Translations under genes and position numbers: made by a program | Notes under the pieces: generated by a model | The model's input: the letters and a program-made list of their open reading frames with translations, nothing else | Told to the model about the DNA's origin: nothing | Database searches by the model: none | Assembly (NCBI GenBank): GCA_000934665.2 | Contig: JYFJ02001307.1 | Location: forward strand, 1-64,000 | Length of the DNA: 64,000 bases | Direction: 5' to 3' | Origin: Catajapyx aquilonaris | Taxonomy: Eukaryota | In this document: piece by piece, positions 57,301 to 64,000 of the stretch | How the letters are laid out: every line of letters starts with the position of its first letter | How positions within the stretch are numbered: the stretch's first letter is position 1

Positions 57301-57700
57301 CCCTTCGGACTGCCGGATGCGGAGGTTGGCATCCCTGCTGGAGGCTTCATCGTCTGAAGTAGACCTACATGATCGGTCCAGGTACTGGTCGCAGCAAGCA
57401 GAGGATGCCAGGAGAGAAGCACAGCTCAAGCGGAGGTCAATGCCCAACATCAGGTAAGAATTAGGATAATTTTGACTGGCCATTTTAAACAGATGACCAT
57501 TGGCTGCCTCAGATGGCCAAAGCAGAGTAATGTGTGTGGCATGTGGTAGTTTACACTGAAATAACCACTAGCACTTTCCATCAGCCCCAAACAAAATTTT
57601 TACAAGCCACTCCCTCATTAATCTGTATACAGTAAACTTATAATAAAAGTTTTGTCTTTCCAGGGACCTGTTGGGATGCTTCAAGAATGATGCCTGCTAA
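54359..57700 (+). CDS. Divergent VPS9-domain protein (ANKRD27/Varp VPS9-like, no ankyrin repeats)
   Basis: Well-supported exons 56010-56292, 56638-57453, 57664-57700. Plausible but uncertain in-phase upstream exons 54359-54420, 55325-55578, 55691-55792. Sequence AAIETYVVASLHDCIF...AVVELATLDSRCSPADKATCM...LNSERLRALLVLLLCK...LASSLYY resembles the helical bundle plus VPS9 region of Varp. Confidence 0.65.
54844..55038. mobile_element. PIF/Harbinger-like MITE with an internal hairpin
   Basis: TAA|AGCCCGCTCCACACTGGCTGAATTTCTC...GAGAAACTCAGCCAATGTAGAGCGGGCT|TAA. An extra internal inverted copy of the TIR lies at ~54892-54915. Confidence 0.83.
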
Positions 57701-57817
57701 TAATAATTCCGTCCAATCATTGTAATATACACTCAGGGTTCAACATTATCAGTATTTTTGCACAATATTTGTTAATTTATATTAGAACACAATGAATGTG
57801 AACACATGGAAAAAGCC

Positions 57818-59982
57818 TTAGAATATGCTGTTGAGTACTGGGTCATCCTCCCTCGCTGCCTTCCTTGCCCAGAATCTGTCTTTTGCAGCTTCCAACGCAT
57901 CACCAACAGTCCTCTTTGCCCAGACATTCCTCCTAGGTTCCTTAATTTCCTTCACCTCCTCTGCCTTATCTACTTTAACTTCAATTTTAACCTCCACCTC
58001 ACTTGTACTAGCCTGTCTTTTGGGGCTCTTGCTTGGTGGCAAAGTCTCTTCTTCACCCTCACTGTCGGAGTCATGTCTCCTCTTTTTTGCATCATCCCCC
58101 TCTTCCTCCTCGCTGGCCGCCACTACTTCCTCTTCTTCTGATTCAGAAGAGGATTCTCTCTTCCTGTATTGCCTCATCCTATGAGCAGCTTTCCTCGCTG
58201 CTTCAACACCTCCTTCACTCTCCTCTTCCTTGGCCTCTTTGCTCTCTTCTTCCTCCTCCTTCTCAACTTTAACTTCAACTGGATCCTCTGCTGCAGAAGT
58301 ACCAGATGCAGTTGGTTTTGTCACTTCTTCACCCATGGTCTGCCTGCAAGAATGATGCGCACATTAATTTCTAGTAGTAAGGCCTGAAAAGCATGTAATT
58401 GCAGTACATATCATTTCATTTACAATAATCATGTCAAGGTAAGGAGGCATTGAAAACAGGTGCATCATATGTGTACTGGCCTGAAAATGTGCCTATAAAA
58501 TCCCGCAAGATCCTTCTGCTTGGAAACATCCAGGATGGCCTCCACCTCCGCCTGCTTCTTTTCTTCCTCAGCCATCTGCTGGAACTCCTCCATCTTCTTG
58601 CGATACGCAGTGGTGACAAATGCTTCCTTATCATCAAACTCATCTCCCTCTTTCTCACGTTCCTTCTGCATCTTGCGCTCTGTGCGCCACTCCTGCTCAC
58701 GCTTCCTCACAGCCGCTGCTGCCAGAATTGACTCTATGTACTTTGGCTGCACGTAGGTATGAACAAAAGTAATACATTAAGATCAATAATATCATACACC
58801 AAAATAATAAATTGCAAAGATGCTACTAATAACCACATGTAAAATACAAGTAGGCTGTAGAAAAATGTTTGCAAAACGCAGATGCCAACATACACATATT
58901 ATGTGTGTACCTAAGCAGTGTGACAGAGTTGCCCTTTCGCAAGTGATTGAAAAACTGCACTCTTGACACCCATTCTGACACCTCTTTCTCATGAGGCTAC
59001 CATGGCAGCGCAGCCAAGGCAGCACCTCCAGGTCTTTGCATTGCTGCAAGCATAGCCTCTCACATGTCGTGGTGGCCGCCTCCTTGGTTACACTGCCAGA
59101 ACGCTGCCAGAAGTACTAGTGGCAGCCAGTGTTTTCATTGAATCATATGAAGCCTTTCATACAGGATGCGACTTTTGTGCTGCCAGACGTGCATTTTGGG
59201 ACTATAGCTCGGCTGGCAGCATGCCCGTGGTGGCAAACAAATCTGAAGCATGTGGCCAGAGCAAAGCGCTTCATTTATGCTGTGGTGCTGCCAAGGTGGC
59301 CTCATGTGAAAGAGACCTACCACTGAGAAAGTGGCCATCTCCCTGCTCCAGCCATGGTAGGTGCAATACCAGACACTGGTTTTTAACCCCACATAATAGG
59401 CTGGACCCCGCTGCCCGGCCCATCAAGAAATGGTCAACAGACTCCTCACCTTCTTTTCCTGTGTGTCCTTCTTTTTGTGGGCATCCCTCCTGCTCTCTTG
59501 CATCTCATCATAGATCTCATCATACTGATATACACTTGGATCTTCTGCCAGAGCCTTCTTCATGGCCTGCTTTGCTTGCCGTTGTTGCAAGCTCTGGTGA
59601 GTGCTCTTCTGCAATATGAAACAAAAAATTCATCCTGGGAATCAAACTCCGGACCTCGGAGCTGGAAGGATGTGGTTACTACCCACTACAGAACTCCCTT
59701 ATGAAACTGGTGTGCTTCCGAAGGGATTACCTTGAGCGACTGCTTGACCCAGTCCTCCGAGGTGGGTCCCCCTTCGTCCGAGTCGCTGTCATTCCCGAAC
59801 ACGGACACCTGCTTCGGCTTGCTTGGTGCGGCCGGTGCCGAGCCCTTCTTCGGCAAGTGGACCAGTCCGTACCTGTACATCGGGGAGACAGACATTATTA
59901 AATGCTACAAACAGATCTGGGATGACTCCGGACAGAATTTCCTCCGGAACGGTTTTCAGACGTACTGCTTTTCCGACGCCAT
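57818..59982 (-). CDS. NSRP1: Nuclear speckle splicing regulatory protein 1 (CCDC55), ~369 aa
   Basis: Exons 59982-59966, 59872-59731, 59608-59450, 58746-58481, 58343-57818. Motifs MASEKQYGL, KALAEDPSVYQYDEIYDEM, PKYIESIL, ERKMQKEREKEGDEFDDKEAFVTTAYRKK, LDVSKQKDLAGFYRH and C-terminal KRTVGDALEAAKDRF. Confidence 0.93.
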
Positions 59983-60639
59983 TTTAGGTGCTGCTGGCAA
60001 CACTGGGTTCATCCGTGTCTTCATCTTGCAATCAAGTTTTCTTCAAGTTAAAAATTTGCAACATTTAAACTACTAGGACTTTAAATGTTCATCATTATGG
60101 TCGTAATGGATGTTATTTAAAACTTACAGAATCACGGCAGAGTAGCCAACGCAAAAGGCGCCTAAATTGAACTTATTTATGAAGTGACTTGTTAAAATGT
60201 AAGGAGGAGGAGGAGGGAGAATGATCAGGAGGGGGCTTATCCCTGCCTGGAGTGACTGACAGGTCCAGAGTTATTGTATCAGCTGCAAGTGTCATCAAAG
60301 GACATTTTTTAAGATGCATCCCAGCTTATACGACCATTCATGCAATACACAAGTTTGGTTTCAAACTTTCAATCATGGTTCCAATTGAATTTTTCATTTT
60401 TCATTTTCACTCCGATCCAGGTGCCCAATTTATTATTCCTAGGTGGTGGAATATAACTCATAACCTGCTCATAACAGGTCACCTGGATCATAGCACAACA
60501 AACTACTTTTTTTTTTGAAAATGACAGCTTCCAACAATTTCCTATAACTAAAGCAACCCGCACATTGGCACACCCTGTAGCCTACATGTTCTTCTGATTG
60601 AAGTAGAAACTCTCCATTTCAGATACAAAATGCAGATTA

Positions 60640-60985
60640 TTGTTGTTGTTGTTGGTGGATTTATTTTTTTTTTTTATATATTATTATTATTAATTATATA
60701 TTTTTATTTTTATTATTTTTTAGCTACCCCGTGATAGAGCTCGTGGCTCTATGCCTCTTAGGGGGGGAAGGGGAAGTTCCCAAGGGAGGGTGCAGTGCGA
60801 TAGCCACTTCTGACATTCTTTAACACCAGGCCTTTTCTCCTGGCCCCGAGCAAAGAAGGGCTCTGGCATGTCGGGAGAAAAGCGGAAAAAGACCCGGCCA
60901 AGCAGAGGTGACGGGGACGGGATTTGAACCGCGGCATCCCGCTTGGCTGGCCAGCGGCGTAACCGCTACACCACCATGCCGCCCC
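60640..60985 (-). mobile_element. tRNA(Gly)-like SINE (copy B)
   Basis: Minus-strand head GCATGGTGGTGTAGCGG...CAGCCAAGCGGGATGCCGCGGTTCAAATCCC with A and B boxes. Body shared with 2412-2640. A-rich/(TAA)/(CAA) tail. Imperfect TSD TACAAAATGCAG (60624-60635) / TACAAAAAGCAG (60989-61000). Confidence 0.85.
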
Positions 60986-61625
60986 AACTACAAAAAGCAG
61001 TTAGTGCAATCATAAATGACAGAAAACCTGTTTATACGAGTACATGGGTGAATACAAGATCCAATATATGTTAATACGTCTTTGGTGGTTTTCTCCAGTC
61101 GTTTCCATTCACACAATGTATTCCATGCCACTGCAGATAAACTAGAGTCCCAGTGGAATAAAATAATAAGCAAAGTGTAGGGTGGGACTACTTCAAAAAG
61201 TAGAAATAGACTGCTCTTTCTATGTATGTCAGTTTGAGTTTCTGTGGTGAAGATTCAGAATTTAAATAGTGAATTACTTTTTGATGTACCCTCGTATATA
61301 GTTTCTTTTCAACAGCACTATTGTGAACATTACGTGTGATAGTGTCAACAGATTTTAAGACTTTTACATGTAACATAGCATGTAGGAAGAGCCTGGAATT
61401 CAACTCATGGAACTGAATCTGATGTATTAATGAGGTATTCCTGGCCAATGTAGATCACATGCAGGAGTATTCTACCAGTAAAAATTAAAATTTAGCTACA
61501 TCAGAGAATGGTCAAGCATGTTTATTAATTTGCACACATAATACAGTCACAGAAAATAAAACTGGCAAGTGGAATGTCATGAAAAAGTGTAAACATGAAA
61601 ATACTGTACAAAAAGGAAGAATTAA

Positions 61626-64000
61626 TTACTCCCTGCACCACCCTCCACCCCTCCGCCTCTCTTTGGTCCCTCCTCCTTCTGCATTCCCAAACCGAATCTT
61701 CCTTCCCCCACTAGCCACTTGCTGATTGAGCAGTGATGACGATGCTGCGCTCAAATCAGAAGCTACAGACAGGGTGTCCTGTGAGATGCTGTCCAATTCC
61801 TGCGCAACTGAGCCACTGAAGCTAAATTCTCCATCAGCTTCATCCTCAACTCTTAAAGATACTCTGTCCAAACTGCTATTGTCAGTCGACTCGCTTGGAG
61901 CAGCAACTGACTCCATGCTGACAGCTATTCCTGGAGTCTGTTCCTGCACAGTCTGCTCTCCATCACTGGCAGTGCTGATAGAGCAGAAGCTGAGGCCATC
62001 CTCATCCTTGAGTGCTTCTCTCCCTACCAGTTTAACAATGGTTGGCTCCCCGCCAATGGTGGCCCCAACATACACTGACCCCGGAACATCTGCTGCTCCT
62101 AAGTACTTGCACCGTGGTAAGTCCAGGATTGCAGGGGGAGTTGTATCACTATCCTTTATGAATGCCTTGGGTGTCACCCGAATGACCTCTGCTGAATCAG
62201 AGTGGAAGACGAATAGGTATGGCTGCTCAAAAGCTGTGGATCAAGAAGAGTTTCATAAATTGTTTTGCCCTTTGCCATTAAATGCGTGTATCAAAATTTA
62301 GATCCCATCTGCATGAACAGAAATATTGCGTGAGGCAGCAAATCTTGTTAGCACCCTGATGGGGAGGACAGAGACATCGAAAGAGATGGAGTTGCCTGAG
62401 GAGATTGCAAGTTTGGTTCTTCAGATGGACTAAAATTATGAAGGTTCAAAATACCATCTTGATGCAGGGTAGTCCACAAGATTTCAGCTGCTACCGATTT
62501 GACTTATATTATGAACACAGGGTATTACCTAATCTCAAATGTAAGGACCATTTGTAAAAATTGTTTATTCTAAAAATAAAAATGTCATGGCCACGATCTT
62601 TAACTACCACTTCACAGAACCAACACTACATCAATATAATTTTGAGATTCAGCACGATATTCTGCAAGATTATATCAAACCCTCTTGCTACCAACCCTAT
62701 TCCTTCATCTGTTGGTCATTCGTTAGGTTCTCACCTGGCAGAAATTTTTAAAGCCACGAAACATGTGAAGGTCATTATACCCCCTGCCTGAACTATAGCC
62801 CTATGTGGATGCTCAATGGCATTCCACTAGAATGGTTGAAGAAGGACATACAAGAGTGCCTAACCACATGGTGCTAGACATCATCTTCCTCAATATGGTG
62901 GCTGTTAATAATTGGGAGTTACTTTTTGTTTTTTTTGTTTTTTTTGTTGTTTTTTTACGTTACCCCGTGCTAGGGCCATGGGCCCTTTTAGGGGGGTGGA
63001 TTACCACCATCTCCTTCAATTTTCAACTTTTTCTTCTAACTCCGGTGCAAGGAAGAAAGGACATGGGGAAAGGATAGGGATTTTTGGGGAGGGAACATGG
63101 GTGCAAGGTGCACGTCTGAATAACGGGTCATGTGCTGTTCCCCAGGAGGTTAGGTTGCCAGACACCTCCTTGGTGCAGGTCAGAGACCCTCCCGACGCAG
63201 GTGAAAGGATAGTTCCCCAGGCGGGGATCGAACCTGGGGCCTTTCACTCAGCAAGCCGTGACGTTACCATCACGGCCACCACACCTCCCCAATTGGGAGT
63301 TACTTTTTATGATTATATGGCCTAAAGGTCCCAACTTTTGATCCGGTAATATATGAAACAGACTGTAATGATAATTGTTTACTGACCAAACTGTTTGGGT
63401 GGCCTTTTCCATCCAACCTCTTTCTCCCTAGTTCTGCTTCCATAAGCATCCACAAAGAGTCCAACTGCACTGAAGCATATCAGCAGCTCTTCTGGGCCAA
63501 TGCGTACCACAGCCATTGGGCAACCTAACATGGGTGAATATGGTGGGAGGAAGGGAATCAGGGAGGAGTCAGAGGGGTCAAGAAAGTCTTCTATTGTGAT
63601 TGACTCTGTGGTTAGGTCCAGTTCCAGTAGTCGATTACTGGATGCCAAAAGAGAACCCCTCCCGGTGAGAAGCACACAAGTGCAGGGCTCTCCTCTCGGA
63701 GTGGAGAAGGAGCGCCCAATGGTATAGTTGCCAAACTCTGGGTCCCAACGAAGGAGGCTGGAATGATACAAAGCATTGCTACTTATTCAGATTGTGGTCA
63801 TTTCAACAAAGGTAAGGGTTGGGAACTTACCATAGCTTGCTGGGAGTAGCCACACATAAGTGATCTCCTCCAGCATCAAAAGTGACACACTGGGAAAGCC
63901 CATCCACTCGCTGGACTTCCACAGCTGGCTTGGAGCACCTCTGTGCTTGTGCTGATGCAATTAAAGTCACCAGACCTGTTTGTACTAGTAAGCCATCCAC
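61626..64000 (-). CDS. CIT: 3' end of a citron Rho-interacting kinase-like gene (CNH domain and tail); continues beyond the right edge
   Basis: In-phase exons >64000-63831, 63757-63387, 62233-61626. IEDFLDPSDSSL...EELLICFSAVGLFVDAYGSRTREKEVGWKRPPKQFAFEQPYLFVFH...LDLPRCKYLG resembles the citron CNH domain. Minus-strand AATAAA at 61526-61521. Citron versus other CNH kinases was judged from recalled sequence. Confidence 0.75.
62928..63290 (-). mobile_element. tRNA-derived SINE (copy C) with a perfect 18-bp TSD, in the last citron intron
   Basis: TSD AATTGGGAGTTACTTTTT at 62910-62927 and 63291-63308. A-box TGGCCGTGATGG, B-box GGTTCGATCCC, A/CAA-rich tail. Confidence 0.92.

Noticed and set aside
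58981..59316. Degenerate inverted repeat in an NSRP1 intron
   Set aside because: Only ~30-bp imperfect arms are visible, with no definable termini or TSD.
60905..60985. tRNA gene (also 63215-63290 and 2412-2480)
   Set aside because: Acceptor stems do not pair properly, and each runs into a body plus A-rich or (ATT)n tail, two with TSDs. These are SINE heads.

Overview
Gene-dense, intron-containing animal genomic DNA, probably arthropod (inferred from gene architecture and repeat types). Nine protein-coding genes were reconstructed by hand from splice sites, reading frame and recognisable motifs: RBM19 (5' end, -), SNAP29 (+), rabphilin (-, 14 coding exons), a ~1121-aa multi-C2H2 zinc-finger gene (-), NDUFS8 (+), VMP1 (-), a divergent VPS9-domain gene (+), NSRP1/CCDC55 (-) and the CNH-encoding 3' end of a citron-like kinase (-). 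Three gene pairs are head-to-head and three are tail-to-tail. About 22 kb (12.8-35 kb) has no recognisable gene. Introns and intergenic DNA hold many non-autonomous DNA transposons with readable TIRs/TSDs and three tRNA-derived SINEs. Main leads: (1) an upstream exon splices in frame onto VMP1 and builds a complete SAP domain across the junction, giving a candidate SAP-VMP1 fusion; (2) the VPS9 domain appears to lack catalytic residues; (3) NSRP1 has a probable GC-AG intron; (4) a hAT element is nested in a mariner-derived foldback 25 nt after the zinc-finger stop codon; (5) inverted pairs of CTCF-like AGATGGC motifs recur in the gene-free region. All homology calls are from recalled family motifs; no database search was run.
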